A DNA stretch of 64,000 bases from an uncultured Chloroflexia bacterium (GCA_963810095.1 CAWEMM010000006.1:640001-704000); one strand, 5' to 3'. Positions 22,806 through 33,584 are shown, counted from the first letter of the stretch. The notes: generated from the letters alone by a model not told the origin. Translations and numbers: made by a program.

Positions 22806-23383
22806 CTACGTCCCAAACGACGACAGCGCCCGGCGCAGCCGCTCTTCGACGTCCGTGACGTCTCGGGGCAGCGCCTGCACGGCCCGCTGGGCCTCCACGA
22901 TGCTGTAGCCCAGCGCGGTCGAGCGCGTCGATCACCGCCGCATCCGCCTCGGTCAGCGCGGCAAGCCCCTCGCTGACCTCCACCTCCCCCATCTTGTCCT
23001 TCAGCTCGAGCACGATCTTGCCCGCCGTGCGCTTGCCGATGCCGGGCACCCGCGGCGAGCATGTCCGCGTGCTCCTGGCCAATGGCCATGCGGAGCGCGT
23101 CGGGGGCCATGTTGCTGAGCACGCTCAGCGCGAGCTTGGGGCCCACCCCCGAGACGGTGATGAGCTTGTGGAACAGATCGAGCTCGTCTTCGGTGGCAAA
23201 GCCGATCAACGAGAGATCGTCCTCACGCACCACCAGGTGGGTGTGGAGCAGGACGAGCTCGCCCACCCGGCTTGCCTTCAGCAGCGGCTGTGGGACGAGG
23301 ACGCGCAGGCCCACGCCACCGACCATGACGATCAGCGCGTCGTTCAGCCTCGCGAAGATGGAGCCCTGTACAATCGAGATCAT
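22806..23383 (-). CDS. ruvA: Holliday junction branch migration protein RuvA (frameshifts)
   Basis: GGVGL, VREDDLSL, LITVSGVGPKLAL and VPGIGKRTAGKIVLELKDK motifs. Confidence 0.92.
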
Positions 23384-23412
23384 CGGATTTCCAAAGATTC
23401 AACGGCACGCTG

Positions 23413-23486
23413 GTTTGACTGACTGGACTGATCTTCATGATCCTTGCAGGAGAAGACGAGCGAAGATCAGTCCATCCAGTTCAATC
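23413..23486. repeat. Palindromic element between ruvC and ruvA
   Basis: tggactgatcttc ... gaagatcagtcca. Confidence 0.6.
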
Positions 23487-23492
23487 TGCGTC

Positions 23493-24023
23493 CTATTCCG
23501 CCAGTCGTCGCAGGCGCGCGCTGTGGAAGTGGCAGACCGCGACGGCCACGGCGTCCGCTGCGTCGTCGGGCCGCGGAATGTGGTCGAGATGGAGGACCAT
23601 CCGCACCATCTCCTGCATCTGGCGCTTGTCGGCGTTGCCGTAGCCGCTCAGGGCCTGCTTCACTTCGGCCGGCTTGTACTCGTAGACCTGCAGGCCCGCC
23701 TGGGCGGCCGCCAGGAGGACGACCCCCCGCGCCTGCCCCACCATGATCGCCGTGGTCACATTACGCCCAAAGAACAGCTGCTCGACGGCAACCGACTCCG
23801 GCTGGTACCGTTCGAGCACGGCGGTCATCTCGCCGTAGAGGCGCTGCAGCCGCTCGGGCATCGGCGCACCGGGCTGGGTTTCGATCGCACCGTACGCCAC
23901 CAGCGCGACGTCGCCGTGCGCGTCCTCGCCGACGACGCCGTAGCCCGTCGTGCCGATCCCGGGATCAATGCCCAGGATGGGAGAAACCAGGTCTCTCCCC
24001 GAAACCTGGTTACTGTCGCTCAT
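23493..24023 (-). CDS. ruvC: Crossover junction endodeoxyribonuclease RuvC
   Basis: ILGIDPG, VAVEQLFF, GYGNADK and PDDAADAVAVA motifs. Confidence 0.96.
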   Translation of the reverse strand: MSDSNQVSGRDLVSPILGIDPGIGTTGYGVVGEDAHGDVALVAYGAIETQPGAPMPERLQRLYGEMTAVLERYQPESVAVEQLFFGRNVTTAIMVGQARGVVLLAAAQAGLQVYEYKPAEVKQALSGYGNADKRQMQEMVRMVLHLDHIPRPDDAADAVAVAVCHFHSARLRRLAE

Positions 24024-24766
24024 TCCAGCTGCGCCAGGGCTTCTTCGCTGATCTCCAGGTTCGAGTCCACCTTGAACACGTCGTCCAGTTCCTCGAGCGC
24101 CTCGACCAGGTTCAGCACCTGCAGCGTCTCGGCCGGGCTCAGGGAGACCTGCGTCTTGGCCTGCATGATGACTTCGGCGTCCTCAACCTTGTACTTCCCG
24201 TCGATGAACGCCTGGCGCACCGTCTGCAGGTCGGCGGGCATCGTGTAGACTTCGGCCACGCCGTCCCCGTACTGCACGTCCTCCGCGCCCGCTTCGAGAG
24301 CCGCTTCGAAGACCTTGTCCTGGTCCTTCGGCCCGATGGCCACGGAGACCAGGCCCTTCTGCTCGAACAACCACGCCACGCTGCCAGACTCGCCCAGCGC
24401 GCCGCCGCCCCGGGTGAGGGTCCGGCGCAGCTCGCCAACGGTGCGGTTCTTGTTGTCGGTGACCACCTGGATGTAGAGCGCCACGCCGTGCGGGCCGTAG
24501 CCCTCGTAGGTGACTTCTTCGAGCTGCCCACCCTCCGTGTCCAGGCCCGCGCCGCGCTTGATGGCTCGGTCGATGTTGTCCTTGGGCATGTTCTCGGCCT
24601 TCGCCTTATCGATGATCAGGCGCAAGCGGAAGTTGAAGTTGGGATCGGCGCCCTGGCGGGCGGCCAACTGGATTTCCCGCGCGAGCTTGGTGAACATCTG
24701 CCCGCGCTTGGCGTCGGCCGCGCCCTTCTTGCGCTTGATCGTAGCCCATTTGCTATGTCCTGACAT
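24020..24766 (-). CDS. yebC: YebC/PmpR family protein
   Basis: MSGHSKWATIKRKKG, YEGYGPHG and TDNKNRT motifs. Confidence 0.96.
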   Translation of the reverse strand: MSGHSKWATIKRKKGAADAKRGQMFTKLAREIQLAARQGADPNFNFRLRLIIDKAKAENMPKDNIDRAIKRGAGLDTEGGQLEEVTYEGYGPHGVALYIQVVTDNKNRTVGELRRTLTRGGGALGESGSVAWLFEQKGLVSVAIGPKDQDKVFEAALEAGAEDVQYGDGVAEVYTMPADLQTVRQAFIDGKYKVEDAEVIMQAKTQVSLSPAETLQVLNLVEALEELDDVFKVDSNLEISEEALAQLE

Positions 24767-24806
24767 AGTGTAATACCTCCGTTGGTGTGCGTATGAGTGC
24801 TTGGGT

Positions 24807-24891
24807 CACCACAAAGACACAAAGACACAAAGGTGCACAAAGACGCCAACAAGAAGCTTTGTGGAGCTTCGTGTCTTCGTGCCTTGGTGGT
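24807..24891. repeat. ACACAAAG-family palindromic element
   Basis: accacaaagacacaaagacacaaag ... cttcgtgtcttcgtgccttggtggt. Confidence 0.8.
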
Positions 24892-26522
24892 TACGTCGTT
24901 TTCTGGTCGATGACGGCCTTCAGAAAGGCCTTGAATAACGGATGCGGGCGGTTCGGCCGGGAAAGGAACTCGGGGTGGAACTGCACGCCCAGCATCCAGG
25001 GGTGCATCGTGCGATCCAGCTCGGCAATCTCGACCAGGCGGCCGTCAGGCGACAGCCCGGTGAAATTGAGGCCCTTCTCCGTCGCGGGGGTGCGATACCG
25101 GTTGTTGAACTCCCAGCGGTGGCGATGCCGCTCTCGCACCCGTCCTTCGGGAGCGTACGCGCCGGCCGCATGGCTGCCCGGCTGGAGCTGGCACGGCCAA
25201 AGGCCCAGGCGCATGGTGCCGCCCATGTCCTCAATGCCCTGCTGGTCGGCCATGAGCGAGATGATCGGGTCGGGCGTCTTCGGGTTGAACTCGGTCGAGT
25301 TCGCGTCGGCCAGGTGCAGCACGTTGCGTGCGAACTCGATGCACATGACCTGCATCCCGAGGCAGAGCCCGAAATAGGGGATGCCGTGCTCGCGGGCGTA
25401 CCTCGCCGCGGCCACCTTCCCCTCGATCCCCCGCTCGCCAAAGCCGCCGGGGACGAGGATACCGTCAACTCCCCTGGCGTCGCCGGCGCCTTCCAAAGCA
25501 GACAATCCCTCGGGCTTCTGCAGCGTCTCGGCATGGACCCACTTGATCTCGACGTCGTGATCGAGGACCCACGCGGCATGGTGCAGCGCCTCGCGCACGC
25601 TGTAGTACGCGTCTTCGAGCTCGACGTACTTCCCGACGACCGCGATGGTCACCGCCGGCTTCGGCTGCTTGATCTTCTCGACCAGCGTGCGCCAATCCTG
25701 GAGGTCGGGGCCGGTGACTTTTAGTTCGAGCCGCTGGGCAATGAAGTCGGCCACGCCCTCTGCCTCGAGCATCAGGGGGACTTCGTAGATGCTCTGGGCG
25801 GTATACGCGGGGACCACGGCCTGCGGCTCGACGTCGGTGAACAGCGCCAGCTTCTCGCGCACGCTCTGGCTGACCGGCTGGTCCGAGCGGCAAATCAGCA
25901 TGTCGGGCTGGATGCCGATGGAGCGCAGGTCGCGCACGGAGTGCTGCGTGGGCTTGGTCTTCAACTCGTTCGAACCGGAAAGGAAGGGCAGCAGGGTCAC
26001 GTGGACGTAGAACGTGTGGTTGCGCCCCACTTCCTTGCGCATCTGGCGGATGGCTTCGAGGAAGGCCTCGCCCTCGACGTCGCCCACTGTGCCGCCGACC
26101 TCGACAATGACCACGTCCGGATCGGCGTGCCGGGAGGCGTCCTGCACCCGCCGCTTGATCTCGTTCGTCACGTGCGGGATCACCTGGATGGTGCCGCCGA
26201 GGAAATCGCCGTGGCGTTCCTTGGCCAGCACGGCCGAGTAGATCTGGCCCATCGTGACGTTGTTCGCCTGGCGCAGGTTAACGTCGGTGAACCGTTCGTA
26301 GTGACCGAGGTCGAGGTCAGTTTCCGCGCCGTCCTCCGTGACAAACACCTCGCCGTGCTGATACGGCGACATCGTGCCGGGGTCCACGTTGATGTACGGG
26401 TCCAGCTTCAACATCGAGACGGTCACGCCGCGGCTCTTGAGCAGCCGGCCGATGGATGCTGCGCTTACGCCTTTGCCCAGGCCAGAAGCAACACCGCCGG
26501 TGACGAATATGTATGCGGTCAC
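24891..26522 (-). CDS. pyrG: CTP synthase
   Basis: [28 protein letters not shown] and QFHPE motifs. Confidence 0.98.
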   Translation of the reverse strand: MTAYIFVTGGVASGLGKGVSAASIGRLLKSRGVTVSMLKLDPYINVDPGTMSPYQHGEVFVTEDGAETDLDLGHYERFTDVNLRQANNVTMGQIYSAVLAKERHGDFLGGTIQVIPHVTNEIKRRVQDASRHADPDVVIVEVGGTVGDVEGEAFLEAIRQMRKEVGRNHTFYVHVTLLPFLSGSNELKTKPTQHSVRDLRSIGIQPDMLICRSDQPVSQSVREKLALFTDVEPQAVVPAYTAQSIYEVPLMLEAEGVADFIAQRLELKVTGPDLQDWRTLVEKIKQPKPAVTIAVVGKYVELEDAYYSVREALHHAAWVLDHDVEIKWVHAETLQKPEGLSALEGAGDARGVDGILVPGGFGERGIEGKVAAARYAREHGIPYFGLCLGMQVMCIEFARNVLHLADANSTEFNPKTPDPIISLMADQQGIEDMGGTMRLGLWPCQLQPGSHAAGAYAPEGRVRERHRHRWEFNNRYRTPATEKGLNFTGLSPDGRLVEIAELDRTMHPWMLGVQFHPEFLSRPNRPHPLFKAFLKAVIDQKTT

Positions 26523-26798
26523 AGCAACTCCAATCATCAAGCCCGGTGCCGGGCTGCCGTCCTGCAATTAAAGACAGAGACACGGAGATAGCTTCCCCGT
26601 GTCTCTGGCGAAGATCAACCAAACTGGTGAACGAATGTCGGGTACTTGAGCACCCGCCGCTGAGTCGTCATTAACGCATTCCCTGCCGCAAGTTTACGCT
26701 TCATTATAGCATAGGGCGGCGAGAATGCTAAAACCGTCCGGCGCGGGTTCCGTGCCCGACCGGTGCTCGTACGCGCAAGAGCCGGGCTCCTGGCCAGG

Positions 26799-27092
26799 TT
26801 ACGGCAGCCGGCCAACGACCCGCGCGAACTCCTCCTCAGAGAACGCACGCATCGTGGTGACGGTCACGTTGCCCGCTCTGGCCAGCGCCAGAGAGTAGGC
26901 GCCCATTGTTTCGTCGTCGGGCGCCTCCCCGACGATCACAAGATCATACTCGCCGAACACCACCCACGTCCCGATCGGCCGGATGCCCATCTGCTGGGCC
27001 AGCCCTTGGGCTTGCTTCATGCGTTGCGGCGCGTTCTTGATGTCGGCGACACCCTGCGGTGTGTACTTCAGCAGTCCGATATACCCTGGCAT
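26799..27092 (-). CDS. GYD domain protein
   Basis: LLKYTPQG...GEYD...EAPDDE...GNVTVTTMRAF. Confidence 0.85.
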   Translation of the reverse strand: MPGYIGLLKYTPQGVADIKNAPQRMKQAQGLAQQMGIRPIGTWVVFGEYDLVIVGEAPDDETMGAYSLALARAGNVTVTTMRAFSEEEFARVVGRLP

Positions 27093-27353
27093 ACTATCCT
27101 CCCCTAACCGGAAGTGCTCGCCCGGTACCGGGGCGACTCCGTCCTGCGCAGAGTGCGCCGCTGGCCAAGGAAGAGGTTGGCGACGAGTCAAGGCATCAGA
27201 TGCCAGGCGAGTCAGTGCAATCTAATCACAAGACCAGGACAAAGTCAAGCAAGTTCGCGCCGTACGCTTGCACAAATCAAAAGACCTCCCGGTCACCCGG
27301 CCGTTGACGGATAGGAACCGGAAGGTCCTGACGCGTGTCCCCTCTGGCTGCGG

Positions 27354-28100
27354 CTACTTCTTGCCGCTCACCTTGATGGGCCCAGACACGACCGTGTTGT
27401 TGCCTGGGATTGCGTCACGGGCGTTCTGGATGGTCGCGACAGCCTTGAACGTGACCTTGCCAACTGTCGCATCGGCGCCCGTGAAGGTGTAATTGAATGT
27501 GAAGTCGGTCGTGCGGTTGCTGCTACGGACCGGGACCAGCTGTTTCGAGGAGCCGACCCACGAATAGCCGGCGGTAGGATCGCTCTTATACAGGTCGACC
27601 TGTACCACTTCGTCCCTGAGATTGTTTCGGACGCCGACGACGAGCGACTTAGTCTGTCCTGCGCTCGCCGAGGATGGCACAGTGAACTTGGAGATCGCCA
27701 CATCGTGCGTGCTCACAATGACGGTTTTGCTTATTTCACCAGTCCGGCCATCAGTCGTCTGCACCTTGTGCCACACCGTGTAGGTTCCGTCCTTAGCATA
27801 CTGGTGGTAGGCGCAATAGCCCGTGGCCGAGAACCCGTCGCCAAAGTCCCACCAGAACGCGTTGAACCCGTAGTAAGCTGGATCGTAAGAGTTGTCGCAG
27901 AACTGCACGGAGTCATACGTGCTGGGGTCCGACGGGTACCAGTAGAAATCGGCGGTCGGCGAGACTTGGGGCGGCGACGACTGGAACAGTGGAGCGGCCG
28001 GTGCGCTTGCGAGAGCAGCGGTCCCGCCGATACTCAAGATGACGAGCACGGCCAGCATCACCAGATCGTGCTTACGTGGGCGAAACTTGCAGGTGCCCAT
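27354..28100 (-). CDS. Secreted PKD domain protein
   Basis: Signal peptide; PTADF...WWDFGDG...HQYAKDGTYTV. Confidence 0.8.
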   Translation of the reverse strand: MGTCKFRPRKHDLVMLAVLVILSIGGTAALASAPAAPLFQSSPPQVSPTADFYWYPSDPSTYDSVQFCDNSYDPAYYGFNAFWWDFGDGFSATGYCAYHQYAKDGTYTVWHKVQTTDGRTGEISKTVIVSTHDVAISKFTVPSSASAGQTKSLVVGVRNNLRDEVVQVDLYKSDPTAGYSWVGSSKQLVPVRSSNRTTDFTFNYTFTGADATVGKVTFKAVATIQNARDAIPGNNTVVSGPIKVSGKK

Positions 28101-28344
28101 GCGTGACTCCTTCTGGTTTGGGTAAGCGAACCAAAGCCGGCGGCATCGCAAGAAAGTTCGATATGCCGCCGGCCCTGGCACGAGCCTTGCTGGCTGAAGC
28201 CGCGTCGTGCGCGGCATCGAAGGACTTCGCACCTGTCTCACTTTAGCACTCGCCTTGTAACAGTACAACCCGCTATTAGTGTACTTCTTGTAGGAACTTT
28301 TACCTATAGATCGGCGCCTCGGGGGAAGACAGCACGAGGCCCCC

Positions 28345-28373
28345 TTGACGAATCGCACGCCCGTTCGTATAAT
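28345..28373 (+). promoter_or_regulatory. Sigma70 promoter with candidate LexA box in the spacer
   Basis: TTGACG-N17-TATAAT; CGCAC-GCCC-GTTCG at 28354-28367 is one mismatch from CGAAC-N4-GTTCG. Confidence 0.7.
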
Positions 28374-28401
28374 GATGCCGTCGAGAGGGGGGGGTGGCGT
28401 G

Positions 28402-29622
28402 ATGGAGGACCTGCGCGAGCGGCTGGCGCTACTGACCCAGGCGGCTGTTTTCGACGACTCTGTTGCGCCCGGCGACGCGGCGCCCGACCCCGATGGCCGC
28501 GGCTTCTTTGCGCCCCCACGGCCCGAGGACGCGCCGGTTAACCGCAGCGTCCTGCCCTGTGTCTCTCATCACATCACGCCGGATGGCCGCCGCGAAACGG
28601 TCCTGAAAGTGCTCCAGACCTCGGCGTGCGAGAACAACTGCCTCTACTCCGCGTTCCGGGCTGGGCGCGACGCCCGCCGTACCCACGTCACCCCTGACGA
28701 GATGGCGCGCTCCTTTGATCTCATGCACCGGGCCGGGCTCGTGGAGGGAATGTTTCTCTCGTCGGGCGTCGTCGGCACGCATCGCACGATGGATGAAATG
28801 CTGGCCACGACGGAGCTCATCCGGCAGAAGTACGGGTTCCGCGGCTACATCCATCTCAAGCTGCTGCCCAACGCCGAGCCGGCGCATGTCGAGCGAGCCG
28901 TCGAGCTCGCCGACCGCGTCAGCGTCAACCTCGAAGGCCCCACGCAGGAGCGACTGGACTTCCTCGCGCCGAGAAAGAGCATGGAGCAGCTGCTGGCGCC
29001 CCTCCGCCTGGCCGCCCAGCTGCGGCGGCAAGCCATCGAGGCAGGGCTCTCGGGGCGCCATGGCAGCGCACCGTGGGGGCACGCCCGCATCGGTCTCTCC
29101 ACGCAGTTCGTCGTGGGTCCTGCGGGCGAGAGCGACCAGGAGCTGCTAGCGGTCGTCGACACGCTCTACCGTGAGCTGCACCTTTCCCGCACGTACTACT
29201 CGGCCTTCACACCGGTGCGGCGCACCCCGCTCGAGGATTACACTCCGACGCATCCCGTGCGCGAGCACCGGCTGTATCAGGCCGATTGGCTCTTGCGCTT
29301 CTATGGCTTTCGCGCTGCCGAGCTCCCCTTTACGGCGGAGGGACAATTGCGCACCGACGTCGACCCGAAGGCAGCCTGGGCCGTTGCCCACCCCGAACGC
29401 TTCCCGGTCGAGGTGAACCGCGCGCCTCTCGGCCAGCTCCTGCGGGTGCCGGGCATCGGTCCCCAGTCGGCGAAAGCCATCGTGCAGGCCCGGACGGCCG
29501 CTCCGTTGGCCGAGATCGGCGACCTGCGTCGCCTTGGCGCACGAGCGGATCTCGCCGCGCCCTACGTGCTCCTCAACGGCAAGCGACCGCCCTACCAATT
29601 CCCGCTCCCCGCGGTCACTTGA
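28402..29622 (+). CDS. Putative DNA modification/repair radical SAM protein with HhH motif
   Basis: CENNCLYS; FRGYIHLK, ADRVSVNLE, REHRLYQADWLLRFYGF and LLRVPGIG motifs. Confidence 0.88.
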   Translation: MEDLRERLALLTQAAVFDDSVAPGDAAPDPDGRGFFAPPRPEDAPVNRSVLPCVSHHITPDGRRETVLKVLQTSACENNCLYSAFRAGRDARRTHVTPDEMARSFDLMHRAGLVEGMFLSSGVVGTHRTMDEMLATTELIRQKYGFRGYIHLKLLPNAEPAHVERAVELADRVSVNLEGPTQERLDFLAPRKSMEQLLAPLRLAAQLRRQAIEAGLSGRHGSAPWGHARIGLSTQFVVGPAGESDQELLAVVDTLYRELHLSRTYYSAFTPVRRTPLEDYTPTHPVREHRLYQADWLLRFYGFRAAELPFTAEGQLRTDVDPKAAWAVAHPERFPVEVNRAPLGQLLRVPGIGPQSAKAIVQARTAAPLAEIGDLRRLGARADLAAPYVLLNGKRPPYQFPLPAVT

Positions 29623-29647
29623 CACGCGACCCTTCCGCCAAGTATAA

Positions 29648-30382
29648 GTGACTCCCATGACGCTCTGGGCGCTGCTTTCCGATGTACACGGTCGAGGTGA
29701 TCGCCTCGCGCGTGTCCTGGCCGATATTCAGGCGCAAGGCGACCGCCAGCCTGGCGGCGCCCGGATCCTGGCGCTTGGCGATATTGCCGGCCCCGGCCCC
29801 CTGTCCCTGCTCGACCGGGCGGGGGCGCTGTGCGTATTTGGCAATTGGGAGGCGTCGGGGCTGCGCGGGCTGCCGCCGCCCTATCGCAGCTGGGTTGCGC
29901 GCTGGCCCGCTGTGCTCCAGGTGGACGGCTTCCTCGCCGCGCACGCCTCGCCCGTCTGGCCGCCCAACTTGACGATCAGCGGCGTGGTCGAGCACTTCCG
30001 CGCCCGCAATCTCCATTGGACGCACCTGTTTCCATCCCTGCAGCACTCGGAAAGCGGCCGCACTGCGGCCCTTGCGGCGCTATCGCAAAGCGACTGCCGC
30101 ATCTTCTTCCACGGCCACACCCACGTACAAGAGGCCTGGCACGCGTCAGCAGCAGGCGAGCGTGAGGCAACAGGTAACGACGAAGGAGCCGGCCTTGGGC
30201 CGGGCGGCGGGGGTGCACAGCGCGTGGACTATGCGGGCACTGAAGGAGGCGCTCTCGACCTCGTCGAAGACGAGCGCTGGCTGGTCGGGGTGGGCAGCGT
30301 CGGCGACCCGCACGACGGCCCGGGCGCGCACTATGCCCTGTACGATAGCGTGACGCGCCGTTTCACCTGGCGGCGGGTGTAG
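29648..30382 (+). CDS. Metallophosphoesterase
   Basis: SDVHG, LGD, GNWE, HASP, GHTH and GSVG motifs. Confidence 0.85.
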   Translation: MTPMTLWALLSDVHGRGDRLARVLADIQAQGDRQPGGARILALGDIAGPGPLSLLDRAGALCVFGNWEASGLRGLPPPYRSWVARWPAVLQVDGFLAAHASPVWPPNLTISGVVEHFRARNLHWTHLFPSLQHSESGRTAALAALSQSDCRIFFHGHTHVQEAWHASAAGEREATGNDEGAGLGPGGGGAQRVDYAGTEGGALDLVEDERWLVGVGSVGDPHDGPGAHYALYDSVTRRFTWRRV

Positions 30383-30496
30383 CAACTGCGGCCCGGCGCG
30401 CCAGGGCGTGCGGGCGTGCGGCGCCCTTGGCGTACCTCGGCGCTTGCCCGTCGCGGCGGCCCTTTTGGTCGCGTTTTGCCATCGGAGGCCCGGCAG

Positions 30497-31285
30497 ATGA
30501 TCGCAGGTTTCGTCCAGTTCCGTCCCACCCGGCACGACGTGCCGGCCAATGTCGCGCAGGTGGAGCACCTGCTTGCCGGCGTGCGGGCCGACCTGCTCGT
30601 CCTTCCCGAGCTCGCCAACTCGGGCTACATGTACCCCTCGCCCCAATCCATCGCGCCCTACAGCGAGCCGGCCGACGGCTCGGGCCCGTTTCTTAGCGCC
30701 CTGACCCGCCTGGCTGCCTCGACGGGCGGACTGATCGTCACCGGCCTGTCTGAGCGGGCGGGGGATGGCGTCTACAACTCGGCCGTGGCCCTCGACGAAA
30801 CGGGCGTCGTGGCCCATTACCGCAAGACGCATCTCTTCGCCGACGAGCAGGACCTGTTTCTGCCGGGAGACACCGGCTTCAATGTGTTCTCCTATCGCGG
30901 CGCGCGTGTCGGCATGATGGTTTGCTTCGACTGGTACTTCCCCGAATCGGCCCGCACGCTGGCCCTGCGCGGCGCGCAAATCATCGCACACCCGTCCAAC
31001 CTCGTGCTCGGGCATTGCCAGACCGCGATGGTGACGCGCTCGTTGGAAAACCGGGTCTTCAGTATCACGGCGAACCGCTGGGGCGTGGAGGAACTTGGGG
31101 AGAAGTCGCTGCGCTTCACCGGCGCATCGCAGGTGCTGACGCCGCTCGGAGTGCGCCTTGCCCAAGGCCCGCTGGAAAGCGACTGCGTCGCGCTGGTCGA
31201 GATCGACCCGGCGGAGGCCGACAACAAGCGGCCGACGGCCCGCAATCACTTGCTGGAGAACCGCCGGCCGGAGTTTTACGGGTAA
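30497..31285 (+). CDS. Nitrilase-related carbon-nitrogen hydrolase
   Basis: LPE, YRKTHL and VCFDWYFPE catalytic triad motifs. Confidence 0.9.
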   Translation: MIAGFVQFRPTRHDVPANVAQVEHLLAGVRADLLVLPELANSGYMYPSPQSIAPYSEPADGSGPFLSALTRLAASTGGLIVTGLSERAGDGVYNSAVALDETGVVAHYRKTHLFADEQDLFLPGDTGFNVFSYRGARVGMMVCFDWYFPESARTLALRGAQIIAHPSNLVLGHCQTAMVTRSLENRVFSITANRWGVEELGEKSLRFTGASQVLTPLGVRLAQGPLESDCVALVEIDPAEADNKRPTARNHLLENRRPEFYG

Positions 31286-31298
31286 GCCTGCGCGCGAC

Positions 31299-31688
31299 TC
31301 ACGCGGGCAAATCGTTCCAGATGTCGCGGTAGTACTTCCACTCGCCGTTCAGGCGCTTCCACACGACGATGTACTTGACGCGGGCAGCCAGCTGACCGCC
31401 GGCGACGAACAGGGCCCCTTCGCCGACCTCGACGGCATCGTCCCCGCGGACGTCCAGATCGAGGGTGTTGAGTTCGATGGACTTCACGCCTGAGTCGATC
31501 ACCCCTTGCCAGAGCCCCTGGACCGCTTCGCGGCCCTTCACAATCGGGCCGCCGGGCGGGAAGGCCCAGCCGTCCGGCGCGTACACTGCTGCCACCTGGG
31601 CAGCATCCCCGTTTTTCACTCCGTCCATGAACTGTGCATTGACGGCGGCGACGGCGGCGCCTGTCTTCTCTTCGACTGCGTGCAACAT
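31299..31688 (-). CDS. DUF4440/NTF2-like protein
   Basis: GDAAQVAAVY...GREAV...KYIVVWKR...DIWN. Confidence 0.8.
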   Translation of the reverse strand: MLHAVEEKTGAAVAAVNAQFMDGVKNGDAAQVAAVYAPDGWAFPPGGPIVKGREAVQGLWQGVIDSGVKSIELNTLDLDVRGDDAVEVGEGALFVAGGQLAARVKYIVVWKRLNGEWKYYRDIWNDLPA

Positions 31689-31869
31689 GGCGACCTCCAA
31701 AGACTGTTCCGCTGTGGAGCGTCTTCCAGTAGCAGTGCGGGGACGATGTGGCTCACTCGCGCCATTCTAGCACAACTCCCAAGGGTTGCGCGCGGGTAAA
31801 ATGCCCATCCCTTTTTGCGTGTTTTTGCACTAGACCTCCCACCCTCACCTGTGCTACAATCTGCGATCT

Positions 31870-32629
31870 ATGACCCAACACGCACACCTTGATCCCCGCC
31901 CTTTCTTCCTGGACGGCGGACCCACGGGCATCCTCCTGGTGCACGGTTTCACCGGTTCGCCCCCGGAAATGCGCCTGCTGGCCGACGCCTGCCACGCGCG
32001 CGGGGCTGACTGTTGCGGCCCCGCTTCTGCCGGGCCACGGGACGTGCGTGGAAGACATGAACAAGGTGCGCTGGACCGACTGGGCGGAATGCGTGGAGAA
32101 GGCGTACGGTGAGCTCAGGGTTCGCTGCGAGCGCGTCTTTGTTGGGGGCTTGTCGCTGGGCAGCCTGCTCACGATCAACCTGGCGGCCGCTCATCCGGAG
32201 CTGGCCGGCGCCGTCCTCTACTCCCCGGCCACGTACATTCAGAACCGGCTTCTGCCGCTCACGCCCGTCGCCAGGCACTTCGTGAAGCTGCAGCCTGTGA
32301 GCGCCGAAAGCGACCTCGTCGATCCCGAGGCCGATGGGCGGCTCTGGTGCTACGACCGGCGTCCGGTGGGCGCGGCGGCCGAGCTGCATGCGCTGCAGCG
32401 GCGGGTGCGGCGGCTGCTCCCGTCGCTGCAGCCTCCGCTCCTGATTCTTTACTCTGCCGGAGACCGCGCCATTCATCCCTCCAGCGCCCAGCGCACTTAC
32501 GACCTGGCGGGCTCCCGAGACAAGCGAATGATCAGGATCGAGGAATCCGGGCATGCGATCACGGTCGACCGCCAGTGGCGTTACGTGGCGGAACAAACAC
32601 TGGCATGGGTGAAACAACATGGCGGCTGA
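31870..32629 (+). CDS. Alpha/beta hydrolase (carboxylesterase), frameshift near 32000
   Basis: HGFTGSP, LPGHG and GLSLG nucleophile motif. Confidence 0.85.
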
Positions 32630-33584
32630 AGACGCCGGCCCCGCCGGCAGCGACATTAGCGACCTTACCAGCGAGGACCTGCCCTACGACGTCCTCTGCT
32701 ATGGCACGATCAGCGTCGAGAACGTGACGCGGCTCTCCAACCTCCCAACCGCACGCCGGGATGCGACCGCCATGACCGAGTATGACATCTTGGGCGGGGA
32801 AGCGCTGACCGTCGGCGTGCCCCTGGCGGCGTGGGGGCTGCGAGTAGCAGTGGTCGGCAACTTCGTCGGCGCGGATCGGAAGGCGGACCTCATTCTCAAG
32901 GAACTCGCCCGGCACAAGCGGCTCGACACCCGATACATCATCCAGCACCCCAACCTCGACACGCCTTTCACGCGGGTGTTCGTCGACCCGCTGGGCGAGC
33001 GCAGCCGGGTGGCCTACTGGTACGATCAAACGCCAAAAGATGAGCTGCTGCCCACGATGATGGCCCGCGCCCGCCTGCTGAGCGTGGACGCATACGGCAA
33101 GGCCGAGCGGGACCGGGCTGCGCAAGTGGCGCGCTCGCTGGGGCGCCCGGTCATCTCGGCCGATGCAATTTGGCCTTACAATCCCCTCGCCAGCCTCAGC
33201 ACCGCCGTCGTGATCTCCTCGGCGTTCCTCCAGGCGAACTACCCGGGCGTGTACGAATACGACCATGCGCTGGAGTTGCAAGCGCAGGGCGCGGGAGCGG
33301 TCATCATTACCGACGGGCCAAAAGCCGTCCTGGTCGTGCGGGCCGACGGTTCGCCGTTCGGCGTCGAGCCGTACGAGGTGCGCGGGGTGGTCGACACAAG
33401 CGGAGCGGGCGACCTGTTCAAGGCGGGGCTAATCTATGCGTGGCTGCAGGACGACTGGCCGCTGGAACAAAAGGTGAAGTTTGCCTGCGCGGCGGCGGGG
33501 CTAAACTGCGAGCGTGATCGTTTTAAGGACCCGCCACCTTCGCTGGCCGATATCTTCGCACTGATGAAGCGACAACCCCGTTGA
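32619..33584 (+). CDS. PfkB family carbohydrate kinase
   Basis: GGEA and VDTSGAGD motifs. Confidence 0.85.
   Translation: MAAEDAGPAGSDISDLTSEDLPYDVLCYGTISVENVTRLSNLPTARRDATAMTEYDILGGEALTVGVPLAAWGLRVAVVGNFVGADRKADLILKELARHKRLDTRYIIQHPNLDTPFTRVFVDPLGERSRVAYWYDQTPKDELLPTMMARARLLSVDAYGKAERDRAAQVARSLGRPVISADAIWPYNPLASLSTAVVISSAFLQANYPGVYEYDHALELQAQGAGAVIITDGPKAVLVVRADGSPFGVEPYEVRGVVDTSGAGDLFKAGLIYAWLQDDWPLEQKVKFACAAAGLNCERDRFKDPPPSLADIFALMKRQPR

Noticed and set aside
21962-23383. Apparent RuvA-TrmH fusion ORF (473 aa)
   Set aside because: Artefact of frameshifts in ruvA; ruvA has its own stop at 22806 and trmH its own ATG at 22774.
26576-26606. Hairpin upstream of pyrG as a CTP-sensing attenuator
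   Set aside because: The IR exists, but I could not identify the GGGC reiterative-transcription start or an antiterminator; it may be another REP-like copy.
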